From NCBI GenBank assembly GCA_937894935.1, contig CALAYC010000215.1, forward strand, positions 1,021 through 65,020: a stretch of 64,000 nt of DNA, written 5' to 3'. Of this stretch, positions 40,848 to 50,231 are shown in pieces. Made by a program: the position numbers and the translations under genes. Each line of letters begins with the position of its first letter. The first letter of the stretch is position 1. The notes under the pieces are model-generated. The model was not told the DNA's origin. It saw only the letters and a list, made by a program, of their open reading frames with translations, and did not search any database. The stretch is from an uncultured Verrucomicrobiota bacterium. GTDB taxonomy: Bacteria > Verrucomicrobiota > Verrucomicrobiia > Limisphaerales > JADLHS01.

Positions 40848-41750
40848 TCAGATATTCTTCGTGACATCGCCGCATAAGCGCACGAATTCTGATTCAACCA
40901 GCGAAAGATTTTTCCCGCGCAAATAGAGAAAGCCCCATTCGCGCCGCAGTTTGCGGCGGCCGAGCGGCATCGCGACGAGTGAGCCTTCTTTCAATTCGGC
41001 GCGCGCGATCCACGTGGCCAGCACGCTGACGCCGAGGTTGAGTTTCACGAGCTGTTTGATGGTTTCGATACTGCCGAGTTCCATCGTGGCATTGAGCGTA
41101 ATGCCTTCTTCGCGAAAGAAACTTTCCACCGCGCGGAACGTCTGACTTGCGCGGCTGTAGAGAATGAAATTCTGACGTGCAATTTCGGGGCGCGCTACGC
41201 CGCCGGCTTCGACCCACGAATGTTGCGGTGCGACGATGAACATGAGTTCGTCGTCGAACAACGGCTGAAACTCGAGGGCAGGCTCGCGTTGGGGGCGAAG
41301 AGCGAGCGCGATATCAATGCGCTGTTCGCGCACGGCTTCGGCGAGGGCAGGGGAGTCGCCGGGCTCAAGCGTGATGCGACATTTGGGATGCGTCTGTTTG
41401 AAGTTGCGCAGCACCTGCGGCAACAGGTGTTGGCACGCGGAAACGCTCGCCCCGATGCGGAGGCGTGTTTCGCCCCATTTGCCGAGTTTGTCGAGCGACG
41501 CGCGGGCGGCGGTCATGTCCGCGATAATTTTTTCCGCGTGGCGGAGGAGTTGTTCGCCTTCGAGTGTGAGCGTGGTGCGTTTGCCGATGCGATTGAGCAG
41601 GCGGCAACCGAGTTCGTTTTCCAGCGCGCGCATCGAATGGCTGACGGCGGATTGAGTGATGAAAACTTCCTTGGCGGTGGCGGTAAAGCTGCCGGTTCGC
41701 GCCAGCGAAACAAAGGTCCGTAATTGTTTACTATCCAGTAAATCGTTCAT
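40848..41750 (-). CDS. LysR-family transcriptional regulator (paralogue 1)
   Basis: 300 aa with a wHTH (LRTFVSLARTGSFTATAKEVFITQSAVSHSM) and a LysR effector domain. Confidence 0.9.
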   Translation of the reverse strand: MNDLLDSKQLRTFVSLARTGSFTATAKEVFITQSAVSHSMRALENELGCRLLNRIGKRTTLTLEGEQLLRHAEKIIADMTAARASLDKLGKWGETRLRIGASVSACQHLLPQVLRNFKQTHPKCRITLEPGDSPALAEAVREQRIDIALALRPQREPALEFQPLFDDELMFIVAPQHSWVEAGGVARPEIARQNFILYSRASQTFRAVESFFREEGITLNATMELGSIETIKQLVKLNLGVSVLATWIARAELKEGSLVAMPLGRRKLRREWGFLYLRGKNLSLVESEFVRLCGDVTKNI

Positions 41751-41896
41751 GAATGAAAATCGGGTTTCGAGCGCGGGGAGCCGGGCTCGCCGCGCTCAGG
41801 CGAGCAATCTTCAGCATTAAAAACACCAACTTGCGGAGTTTGATGAAAATCATTCACGCCAGCGGTCGGCGGTGCGGAGAATGAGCGCGAGAACAA

Positions 41897-42820
41897 TCAG
41901 ACCAGCTCGGTTTTCATGGTGAATGAATTGCATGCAGATTTACATAATCCGATAAAGGTTTCTTCGGCGAGACTGAGCCGTTTGCCGCGCCATTGAAGAA
42001 TGCCCCAACGACGTTGCAGTTTGCGGCGACCCAGCGGTAACGCCACGAGCGAACCGTCTTCAATTTCCTTCCGCGCAATCCAAGGCGCGAGAATGCTCAC
42101 GCCAAGCCCCAGTTTTACGAGTTCCTTCGTCGCCTCCATGCTGCCGAGTTCGATCACGGTGTTGAGAACCATCTGTTCCTGGCGGAAATAATCCTGCACG
42201 AGGCGGAAAGTGACGCTGGTTTTGCTGTAAAGAATGTAGTTCATGCGCGGAATTTCACTGCGCTCCACACGACCGGCCTTCGCCCATGGATGCATTGCGC
42301 CGACGATGAATTGCAGTTCGTCAGTGAACAGATCGTGCGCTTCCAATTGCGGATCGTTCCCCGGATCAAGGCACATCGCGAGGTCCACGCGATGATTCAA
42401 CAGGACGTTCACCAGTTCGGGGGTATCGCCGGGTTCAATGCTGATGCTGTGATCGGGAAAACTCTCTTTGAATTCGCGGAGAACGGTTGGCAACAGATGC
42501 TGACACGCGGTGGTGCTCACGCCGAGGCGCAAGCGGCCTTGCCCCCATTTGCCGAGTTGGCCGAGCGAAACACGCGCGCTCTCCATTTCATGAAGAATTT
42601 TTGCCGCGTGCTGTAAGAACTGTTCGCCTGCCTGAGTGAGCACGACTTTTTTGCCCAATCTGTCCAAAAGCCGACAGCCGATATCAGTCTCCAGCGCTTT
42701 GATGGAATGGCTGACACCGGATTGCGTGAGATGAAGCTCACGTGCGGTCTGCGTAAAACTTCCCGTGCGCGCCAACACGCAAAACGCGCGAACCTGCCGA
42801 CTGTCCAGTGGAGCATTCAT
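41897..42820 (-). CDS. LysR-family transcriptional regulator (paralogue 2), divergent from the nitrate operon
   Basis: It is colinear and clearly similar by eye to the 40848-41750 product. The start is trimmed to MNAPLDSRQ (42820). Confidence 0.9.
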   Translation of the reverse strand: MNAPLDSRQVRAFCVLARTGSFTQTARELHLTQSGVSHSIKALETDIGCRLLDRLGKKVVLTQAGEQFLQHAAKILHEMESARVSLGQLGKWGQGRLRLGVSTTACQHLLPTVLREFKESFPDHSISIEPGDTPELVNVLLNHRVDLAMCLDPGNDPQLEAHDLFTDELQFIVGAMHPWAKAGRVERSEIPRMNYILYSKTSVTFRLVQDYFRQEQMVLNTVIELGSMEATKELVKLGLGVSILAPWIARKEIEDGSLVALPLGRRKLQRRWGILQWRGKRLSLAEETFIGLCKSACNSFTMKTELV

Positions 42821-42822
42821 AA

Positions 42823-42837
42823 ATGAGCGGCAGTCAT
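42823..42837. promoter_or_regulatory. Candidate LysR box (ATGA-N7-TCAT, T-N11-A)
   Basis: atgagcggcagtcat lies immediately upstream of the LysR start, in the 138-bp divergent region facing the nitrate operon. Confidence 0.25.
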
Positions 42838-42958
42838 GGCTGCCATTGGTGCAACTCGGAGCATTCATTACGCCACGCACTACCGGTTGGCATCTGCGCC
42901 GCTAAAGAACCGCGCCGAGGGCCAAACCCGCCGTCACTGAAAAAAAGAAATTCACTTG

Positions 42959-44050
42959 ATGACTTTTGCGAGAGCCAACCGAATGATGCGACTGGGATTC
43001 GTGCCGCTGACCGACTGCGCGCCACTCGTCATGGCGCAGGAATTAGGACTGTTCAAAAAATACGGCTTGCAGGTCGCGCTGAGTCGCGAACTCGGTTGGG
43101 CCACGATTCGGGATAAAGTCATTCACGGTGAACTCGAAGCCGCGCATGCCGTCGCCGGAATGCCTGTGGCTGCAACGCTCGGATTGAATTCCATCGCCTG
43201 CGAATGTCTTACCGCGCTGGTGCTTAATCTTCACGGCAATGCCATCACGCTCTCGGCGGATTTGTGGAATCGCGGTGTGCGCGATGGCAAATCATTGCGC
43301 GCAGAAATTCAACGCACGCGCGGTCAGAAGGTTTTTACGATCGGTGTCGTTTACTCATTTTCGTCGCATCACTATCTGTTGCGCAACTGGCTCACTGCGG
43401 CAGGCATTCGACCGGATCAGGATGTGCGAATCGTCATTGTTCCGCCGGCGCAGATGGTGACAAATCTCAAAGCCGGTCATCTTGATGGGTTCTGCGTGGG
43501 GGAACCGTGGAACTCGTTGGCTGTGCGTTCCGGTGAAGGCTGCGTGGTTGCAGTGAGCGCGGAACTGGACCCGTTGCATCCGGAGAAAATTTTGATGGTG
43601 CGACGCGAGTTCGCGGAGAAGCGCGCGCAGGAACACATCGCTTTGATTGCGGCGTTGTTGGGAGCCTGCGCCTATTGCGATCAACCGGAGAATCACGCAG
43701 AGATAATTTCCATTCTGGCGCGACCCGAGTATGTGAACGTTTCCGAAGATGTGTTGCGGTACGGATTAACCGGTCCGTTTGCGCTGACGAAGAAAGAAGC
43801 ACGCAATATTTCGGATTTCTGCATTTTCCATCGGCATGACGCCAACGAACCCTCGGCCGATAAAGCGGGTTGGGTGATGCGCAATCTGCGCACCAGCGGT
43901 CTTGTCAGAGACCCCGGCCAACTCAGCGCTGCGTTGGGGCGTCGCATTTTTCGACCGGACATTTTCACGCAAGCCAATGCGCTGCGTCTTTCAACTCAAA
44001 CTCCCGCCGGAAAGGAAAACACCAATGAAACCAAAGTCATCTCCTGTTAA
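42959..44050 (+). CDS. Leaderless (cytoplasmic) NrtA/NasS-like nitrate/nitrite-binding protein
   Basis: 363 aa. [30 protein letters not shown]...GELEAAH...[10 protein letters not shown] parallels the periplasmic NrtA encoded next ([29 protein letters not shown]...GELDGAH...[10 protein letters not shown]). It has no signal peptide. Confidence 0.7.
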   Translation: MTFARANRMMRLGFVPLTDCAPLVMAQELGLFKKYGLQVALSRELGWATIRDKVIHGELEAAHAVAGMPVAATLGLNSIACECLTALVLNLHGNAITLSADLWNRGVRDGKSLRAEIQRTRGQKVFTIGVVYSFSSHHYLLRNWLTAAGIRPDQDVRIVIVPPAQMVTNLKAGHLDGFCVGEPWNSLAVRSGEGCVVAVSAELDPLHPEKILMVRREFAEKRAQEHIALIAALLGACAYCDQPENHAEIISILARPEYVNVSEDVLRYGLTGPFALTKKEARNISDFCIFHRHDANEPSADKAGWVMRNLRTSGLVRDPGQLSAALGRRIFRPDIFTQANALRLSTQTPAGKENTNETKVISC

Positions 44051-45398
44051 CTCCGTTACCCGAGTTTTAATTGTGCGGCTTCTCGTGATGGCCTTTTGTG
44101 TCGCAGCATTGTTGCTTTCTATTCTTTCCGCGCCCGCCGCGCCGAAGCTGGAAAAAACCGATCTGAAATTCGGTTTCATCAAACTCACTGATTGCGTGCC
44201 GATCATCATCGCGAAGGAGTTGGAATACTTCGAGGACGAAGGGCTTTACGTAACGGTGGAGGCGCAGTCGAATTGGAAAATTCTGCTCGACCGCGTCATC
44301 AGCGGTGAACTCGATGGCGCGCACATGCTCGCCGGGCAACCGATTGCGGCGACTATCGGATTCGGCACGAAAGCGCACGTGATTACGGCGTTCAGCATGG
44401 ACCTCAATGGCAACGGCATCACGCTCGGCAACGCCATCTGGGAGCAGATGAAAGAGATGAATCCGACGTTGAATCAAGAGCCGATCGAACGTCCGCTCAA
44501 AGCTGATTTACTCAAGCCGGTTGTGCAAAAACTCAAAGCTGAAGGCACGCCGATGAAGATGGGCATGGTGTTTCCGGTTTCCACGCACAATTACGAACTG
44601 CGTTATTGGCTCGCGGCGGGCGGTATTGTGCCGGGGTACTACACTGCAACCGACACGACGGGCACGAAGGACGCCGATGTGTTGATTTCGGTGACGCCGC
44701 CGCCGCAAATGCCGGCGACGCTCGCGCAAGGGACGATTCAAGGTTACTGCGTCGGTGAACCGTGGAATCAACAAGCGGTAATCAAAGGCATCGGCGTTGC
44801 TGCGATTACCGATCTCGAAATCTGGAAGAATAATCCGGAAAAAGTTTTTGGCGTGACGGCGGATTGGGCGGCGAAAAATCCGAACACGCACATTGCCGTG
44901 ATCAAAGCGTTGATTCGCGCGGCGAAGTGGTTGGATGCGTCGCCGGAGAATCGCATGAAGGCGTGCGAGATTTTGTCCAAACCGGAATACGTCGGTGCGG
45001 ACAAGCAGGTCATCGCAAACAGCATGACCGGAACGTGGGAATACTACAAAGGTGACAAACGTCCGATGCCCGATTTCAACGTCTTCTTCCGCTACTACGC
45101 GACGTATCCGTTTTACAGCGATTGCATCTGGTATCTCACACAAATGCGCCGTTGGGGACAGATCACCGAAGCGAAATCCGACGACTGGTATTTCGAAACT
45201 GCGAAGCAGGTTTACAAACCGGAGATCTACATGCAGGCCGCTCAAGCGCTGATCAAAGAGGGCAAACTCAAAGCCGACGAAGTGCCGCAAACCGATGGCT
45301 TTAAAGCGCCGACTGCGGAGTTCATTGATGGCATCGAATACGACGGCACAAAGCCCAACGACTATCTGAAAAAGTTTCCCATCGGTTTGAAAGACTGA
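44025..45398 (+). CDS. nrtA: Nitrate ABC transporter substrate-binding protein
   Basis: 457 aa from the ATG at 44025, preceded by an RBS-like ggaaaggaaaa. It has a signal/anchor helix and NrtA/CmpA-family motifs, followed by nrtB and two ATPase genes. Confidence 0.85.
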   Translation: MKPKSSPVNSVTRVLIVRLLVMAFCVAALLLSILSAPAAPKLEKTDLKFGFIKLTDCVPIIIAKELEYFEDEGLYVTVEAQSNWKILLDRVISGELDGAHMLAGQPIAATIGFGTKAHVITAFSMDLNGNGITLGNAIWEQMKEMNPTLNQEPIERPLKADLLKPVVQKLKAEGTPMKMGMVFPVSTHNYELRYWLAAGGIVPGYYTATDTTGTKDADVLISVTPPPQMPATLAQGTIQGYCVGEPWNQQAVIKGIGVAAITDLEIWKNNPEKVFGVTADWAAKNPNTHIAVIKALIRAAKWLDASPENRMKACEILSKPEYVGADKQVIANSMTGTWEYYKGDKRPMPDFNVFFRYYATYPFYSDCIWYLTQMRRWGQITEAKSDDWYFETAKQVYKPEIYMQAAQALIKEGKLKADEVPQTDGFKAPTAEFIDGIEYDGTKPNDYLKKFPIGLKD

Positions 45399-45404
45399 TT
45401 CACC

Positions 45405-46421
45405 ATGAGCACTTTGATCAAAACCTGCGAAAGCGTTGGGCTGAACTGGTTCGTTCCGTTCCTGCGCCTGGCCAAGCGCGACAATCCGAATGAACAACTC
45501 CGCCAGATTCTGTTGACGATCGGCGTGCCGATTATCGCAGTTCTGATTTTTCTCGGTGCGTGGAGTTGGGTCGCCAGAAACGTGAAAGTGAGCTTCGGTT
45601 CGCTGCCTGGTCCGGCGGCGGTCTGGGTGGAAGCGAAAAATCTCTGGGCCGACCACCTCGCAGAACGAAAAAAGGAAGCGGATTTTTACAAACGCCAGGC
45701 AGAACGCAAAAAGACCTTTCTGGCGGAAAATCCGACGGGCGAATGGAAAGAACGCAAATACGCAGGTAAACCCACTTATCTCGACCAGATTTTCACCAGT
45801 CTGAGAACCGTGTTCACGGGCTTTGTTATCGCGGCAATCATCGCGGTGCCGCTCGGCATCCTTTGCGGATTGAGCAAAGTCTTCAACACCGCGATGAATC
45901 CGTTCATTCAGATTTTCAAACCGGTGTCGCCGCTCGCGTGGTTGCCCATTGTGATGATCATGGTGAGCGCGCTCTACAATCCGAAAGAGCCGATGTTTGA
46001 AAAATCGTTCATCAGCTCAGCGTTCACGGTGGCGTTGTGTTCGCTCTGGCCGGCGCTCATCAACACAGCGTTGGGTGTGGCTTCAATTGACAATGATTAC
46101 CTCAATGTCGCGCGCGTGTTGAAACTCGGTTGGTGGAAGAAAGTGCGTAAGATTGTGATTCCCTCCGCGCTGCCGCTGATTTTCACCGGGCTGCGACTTT
46201 CGTTGGGCGTCGGCTGGATGGTGCTCATCGCCGCAGAAATGCTGGCGCAGAATCCAGGGCTCGGAAAATTCGTATGGGACATGTTCCAGAACGGCAGCAG
46301 CCAGACGCTCGCGCAAATCATGGTCGCGGTGTTCACCATCGGTTTCATCGGCTTCTTTCTCGATCGCACGATGATGGTCTTGCAGAAGGCTGTGAGCTTC
46401 GACGGCGCCGCAATCCGGTAA
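45405..46421 (+). CDS. nrtB: Nitrate ABC transporter permease
   Basis: 338 aa. It has the long cytoplasmic loop and permease core typical of NrtB ([34 protein letters not shown]). Confidence 0.9.
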   Translation: MSTLIKTCESVGLNWFVPFLRLAKRDNPNEQLRQILLTIGVPIIAVLIFLGAWSWVARNVKVSFGSLPGPAAVWVEAKNLWADHLAERKKEADFYKRQAERKKTFLAENPTGEWKERKYAGKPTYLDQIFTSLRTVFTGFVIAAIIAVPLGILCGLSKVFNTAMNPFIQIFKPVSPLAWLPIVMIMVSALYNPKEPMFEKSFISSAFTVALCSLWPALINTALGVASIDNDYLNVARVLKLGWWKKVRKIVIPSALPLIFTGLRLSLGVGWMVLIAAEMLAQNPGLGKFVWDMFQNGSSQTLAQIMVAVFTIGFIGFFLDRTMMVLQKAVSFDGAAIR

Positions 46422-46446
46422 AGCAATTCACCTGACAATAAATCCC

Positions 46447-47358
46447 GTGGCATTTCTCGAACTCAACAAAGTCAGTAAAGGATACGGCTTTGGCGCGAAG
46501 CGGACCGAGGTGTTGCACGACATCAATCTCAGTATCGCCGAGGGTGAGTTTGTGGCGATTGTCGGCTATTCCGGCGCGGGCAAAACCACGCTGATGTCGC
46601 TTATCGCGGGCTTGCAACGACCGGACGAGGGTTCGGTGACGTTGCGCGGCGAAACGGTGACCGAGCCATCGCCTGATCGCGCCATCGTTTTTCAGAATTA
46701 TTCGCTGCTTCCGTGGTTGAGTGTATACGAAAACATCGCGCTCGCGGTGGATGAAGTTTTCTCCCATTGGCCAGCGGAGAAACGTCGCGAACACGTGGAA
46801 AAATACATCGCGATGGTGAATCTCACGCCGGCGCGCGATAAAAAGCCGCGCGAACTTTCCGGCGGCATGCGGCAGCGCGTCAGTGTTGCGCGCGCGTTGG
46901 CGATGGATCCGAAAATTCTGTTACTGGATGAACCGCTTTCCGCTCTGGATGCGCTAACCCGTGCGGTATTGCAGGATGAGATTGCCCGCATCTGGGCGGA
47001 ATCCAAAAAGACTGTCGTGCTCATCACCAACGACGTAGATGAAGGCATCATTGTTGCCGACCGCATCATTCCGCTGAGTGCCGGCCCGCGCGCTACGTTG
47101 GGGCCGTCGGTGCAAGTGGACATTGAACGTCCACGGGATCGCAAGGCGTTGAATCACGATCCGCGCTTTAAAGCGATCCGCAAAGAAGTGATCGGTTATT
47201 TGCTGGGCGATGGTGGACACAAAAAAACTTCCGTGACGCGCAAGCTCACGTTGCCGGACATCGAGCCGGAGGATTTGAGCGTTTCGCGGTTTCATTTTGG
47301 CAGACCTCCCGCCCGGCGGAAGAGCGAACAAAAGCAGGAAACCGTCGAAACCGTATGA
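46447..47358 (+). CDS. nrtC: Nitrate ABC transporter ATP-binding protein (NrtC-type ATPase with linker tail but no NrtA-like C-domain)
   Basis: It has a GTG start, Walker [10 protein letters not shown], the signature LSGGMRQR and a ~45 aa tail after the ATPase core. Confidence 0.85.
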   Translation: MAFLELNKVSKGYGFGAKRTEVLHDINLSIAEGEFVAIVGYSGAGKTTLMSLIAGLQRPDEGSVTLRGETVTEPSPDRAIVFQNYSLLPWLSVYENIALAVDEVFSHWPAEKRREHVEKYIAMVNLTPARDKKPRELSGGMRQRVSVARALAMDPKILLLDEPLSALDALTRAVLQDEIARIWAESKKTVVLITNDVDEGIIVADRIIPLSAGPRATLGPSVQVDIERPRDRKALNHDPRFKAIRKEVIGYLLGDGGHKKTSVTRKLTLPDIEPEDLSVSRFHFGRPPARRKSEQKQETVETV

Positions 47359-47398
47359 GCTGGCTGCACAGAGGACCAGCCAGAATAAACCAACTCAC

Positions 47399-48202
47399 AT
47401 GAGCCACTACGTTGAAATCGCAAATCTGACGAAGATTTATCCGACGCCCAAAGGCCCGGCGGTCATCGTCAAAGATTTCAATCTCAACATCGCGAAAGGC
47501 GAGTTCGTCACGCTTATCGGTCATTCAGGTTGTGGCAAATCGACGGTGCTTTCGATGTTGGCCGGACTGAACGACATCACGTCTGGCGGCATCATTCTCG
47601 CCGGGAAGGAACTCAGTGGGCCTGGGCCGGATCGCGGAATCGTGTTTCAATCGCCTTGTTTGTTGCCGTGGCTGACGGCGTTTGAAAACGTGATGCTCGG
47701 CGTGGACCAGGTTTTCTTCACTGCGAGCAAAGCGGAACGCCGCGCGATTGCGGAATATTATCTCACGGTAGTCGGCCTGGGGGATGCGATGCGCAAGCGC
47801 GCGACGGAACTCTCGCAAGGCATGCGTCAACGCGTCGGCATCGCCCGGGCGTTTGCGCTCAAACCCAAGATGCTGCTGCTCGATGAGCCGTTCGGCATGT
47901 TGGACGCGCTCACGCGCATCGAACTCCAGCAGGTGTTACTCGAAGTGTGGGGCCGCACGCAACTCACCGCGCTCATGGTCACGCATGATGTGGATGAAGC
48001 GATTTTTCTGTCCGATCGCGTGGTGATGATGACCAACGGTCCGGCGGCGGAAGTCGGTGATGTGCTGGAAGTGAAATTTCCGCGTCCGCGCAATCGTGCC
48101 GCATTGTTGGAGGATTCGCAGTACTACACCTGTCGCGAACACCTGATTGAATTTCTCAACGACCGCGCGCAGCGCAAACCCGGTCTCGCTCACGCTGCCT
48201 GA
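47399..48202 (+). CDS. nrtD: Nitrate ABC transporter ATP-binding protein
   Basis: The start is trimmed to [10 protein letters not shown]. It has Walker [10 protein letters not shown] and the signature LSQGMRQR. Confidence 0.9.
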   Translation: MSHYVEIANLTKIYPTPKGPAVIVKDFNLNIAKGEFVTLIGHSGCGKSTVLSMLAGLNDITSGGIILAGKELSGPGPDRGIVFQSPCLLPWLTAFENVMLGVDQVFFTASKAERRAIAEYYLTVVGLGDAMRKRATELSQGMRQRVGIARAFALKPKMLLLDEPFGMLDALTRIELQQVLLEVWGRTQLTALMVTHDVDEAIFLSDRVVMMTNGPAAEVGDVLEVKFPRPRNRAALLEDSQYYTCREHLIEFLNDRAQRKPGLAHAA

Positions 48203-48203
48203 T

Positions 48204-50231
48204 ATGTTTTACCGCGCCAGACTTGCTCCGACTGGGTTGGATTCCGGAAACGGAAAACAACACGACGCCCGAAAACGCGCTGTTTCCAAAAACGTGAAAA
48301 CAGTCGTGGTCATCGGCAACGGCATGGCGAGTTACAAGTTGTGTGAGCGTCTCGTCGCGCTGGACGACGACGGAGAATTTCGCCTCGTGGTGTTCGGGGA
48401 AGAAAAGCAACCGGCTTACGACCGTGTGCATCTGACCTCGTTCTTCGAACAACCTGTTGCAGAGAAACTGTTGCTCGCGCCGTTGTCCTGGTATGCGGAA
48501 CAGAACATCGAATTGCATCTGGGCGACCCGGTGGTGGCGGTGGAGCGCGAATCGAAAAAGGTTCGCACCGCGAGCGGAAAAGAGGTTGCTTACAATTATC
48601 TGATTTTTGCGACCGGTTCGCGTGCGTTCATGCCGCCATTGCCGGGCCAGGAATTATCCGGCGTTTTTCTGTATCGCACGATTGAAGATTTACAGGGCAT
48701 TCGTGAACACGCGCAAAACTGCAAACGCGCGGCAGTTTTGGGCGGTGGATTGCTGGGAGTCGAAGCCGCGAAAGCTTTACGGGATCTCGGACTTGAAGCC
48801 TGGATTGTCGAGCGCGGTGTTTCGTTGCTCGCGCGTCAACTTGATCCGCAAGCCGGTGCGTTATTGCAAACGCACGTTGAAAAGCTCGGCATTCATGTTT
48901 GCACGCAGCGCGAAACGCAAAGCATTGAAGCACTTGGTGAAGATCGGTTGCTGCAATTCAACACCGGCGAATGTCTGCGCGTGCAATTGGTCGTCGTGGC
49001 AGCGGGGATTCGACCGCGCGATGAACTGGCGACGGCATGCGGACTCGAAATCGGCGCGCGCGGTGGCATTTGCATCAACGACGCGCTGCAAACTTCTGAT
49101 CCGAATATTTATGCGATTGGCGAGTGCGCGTGTCATCGCCACGTGGTTTACGGACTGGCCGCCCCCGGTTATCAGATGGCGGATGTGCTGGCGGAAAATC
49201 TCGCTGGCAAACGTCGCAAATACACCGGGAGCGACCAGTCCACGCGACTCAAACTCAGCGGCATCGAAGTCGCCACGCTCGGCGATTTTCAGGCGAACGG
49301 TGATGAATCGGTCAGTTGGCAGGGGAACGGAGCGAGTCGGCGCTTGGTTCTGGAGAAAGGTCGGCTGGTCGGGGCGACGGCAGTTGGCGATTGGCCCGAA
49401 GCCGTGCGAATCCAAGAACTCGCCGAACGCCGGGCGCGTGTCTGGCGTTGGCAGAAAATTCGTTTTGCGCGCACGGGCAAACTATGGAAAGCCGAGACCG
49501 CGCCGCATGTCAGTCAATGGCCGGCGAATGCGCTTGTTTGCAACTGCGTTGGTGTGCGACGCGGCATGTTGAGCGCGGCGTGTGCGGAAGGTTGTGCGAC
49601 GGTGGAAGCGTTGGCGAAGCGGACCGGAGCGTCCACGGTTTGCGGCTCGTGCAAACCGTTGCTCGCGCAACTCGTCGGTGCGCCTGCGTGGTTGAATGAA
49701 CTTCCCGGACTCAAACCGCTGGCGATTGCGTGTTCCATCGCGCTGATTTTCGCGCTGGCCATTTTCTTCGCGCCGCCGATTGCATTCGCAGATTCCGTGC
49801 AGGGAAAACTTCATTCCGTGAATGCGTTGTGGCGCGATGGATTCTGGAAACAGATTACCGGATTCACACTCATCGGGCTGGTGTTGATCAGTCTCGGCCT
49901 GTCACTGCGCAAGCGCATCAAGCGATTTACGTTTGGCGAATTCGGTTACTGGCGCGCGATTCATGCGGTATTGGGAACGATTTCGCTTATCGCGCTGGTG
50001 ACGCATACGGGGTTTCGCCTCGGCAATAATTTCAATTTTGTGTTGATGCTGAATTTTCTCGCGCTCGTGTTGGTGGGAGCACTCGCAGGCATGGTGACGG
50101 CGCTGGAACGGCGGTTGAGCCCCGTGGCGGCGAAACGATTGCGGGCATTCTGGACCGGAACTCACATCGCATTGGGGTGGCCGATGCCGGTGCTCGTCGT
50201 GTGGCACGTGATAGTTGCGTATTACTTTTGA
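48204..50231 (+). CDS. Fusion protein: NirB-type NAD(P)H/FAD reductase half with a BFD-like [2Fe-2S] domain, fused to a C-terminal 5-TM bis-His (ferric-reductase-like) membrane domain
   Basis: By eye it is colinear with the E. coli NirB N-terminal half (VVVIGNGMAS, YRTIEDL, GGGLLGVEAA, SDPNIYAIGECA, GLAAPGYQMA). It has a BFD-type CNC...CGSC motif at about 49539-49655. The TM domain (49710-50228) has H-x13-H in two helices. Confidence 0.75.
   Translation: MFYRARLAPTGLDSGNGKQHDARKRAVSKNVKTVVVIGNGMASYKLCERLVALDDDGEFRLVVFGEEKQPAYDRVHLTSFFEQPVAEKLLLAPLSWYAEQNIELHLGDPVVAVERESKKVRTASGKEVAYNYLIFATGSRAFMPPLPGQELSGVFLYRTIEDLQGIREHAQNCKRAAVLGGGLLGVEAAKALRDLGLEAWIVERGVSLLARQLDPQAGALLQTHVEKLGIHVCTQRETQSIEALGEDRLLQFNTGECLRVQLVVVAAGIRPRDELATACGLEIGARGGICINDALQTSDPNIYAIGECACHRHVVYGLAAPGYQMADVLAENLAGKRRKYTGSDQSTRLKLSGIEVATLGDFQANGDESVSWQGNGASRRLVLEKGRLVGATAVGDWPEAVRIQELAERRARVWRWQKIRFARTGKLWKAETAPHVSQWPANALVCNCVGVRRGMLSAACAEGCATVEALAKRTGASTVCGSCKPLLAQLVGAPAWLNELPGLKPLAIACSIALIFALAIFFAPPIAFADSVQGKLHSVNALWRDGFWKQITGFTLIGLVLISLGLSLRKRIKRFTFGEFGYWRAIHAVLGTISLIALVTHTGFRLGNNFNFVLMLNFLALVLVGALAGMVTALERRLSPVAAKRLRAFWTGTHIALGWPMPVLVVWHVIVAYYF

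Noticed and set aside
48607-49572. 321-aa alternative-frame ORF inside the NirB-like fusion gene. Similar cases are 32741-33622 inside the permease fusion and 24390-24899 inside the Gfo/Idh/MocA gene.
   Set aside because: They have no motifs and Arg-rich composition. The overlapping frame has clear homology-type signatures.
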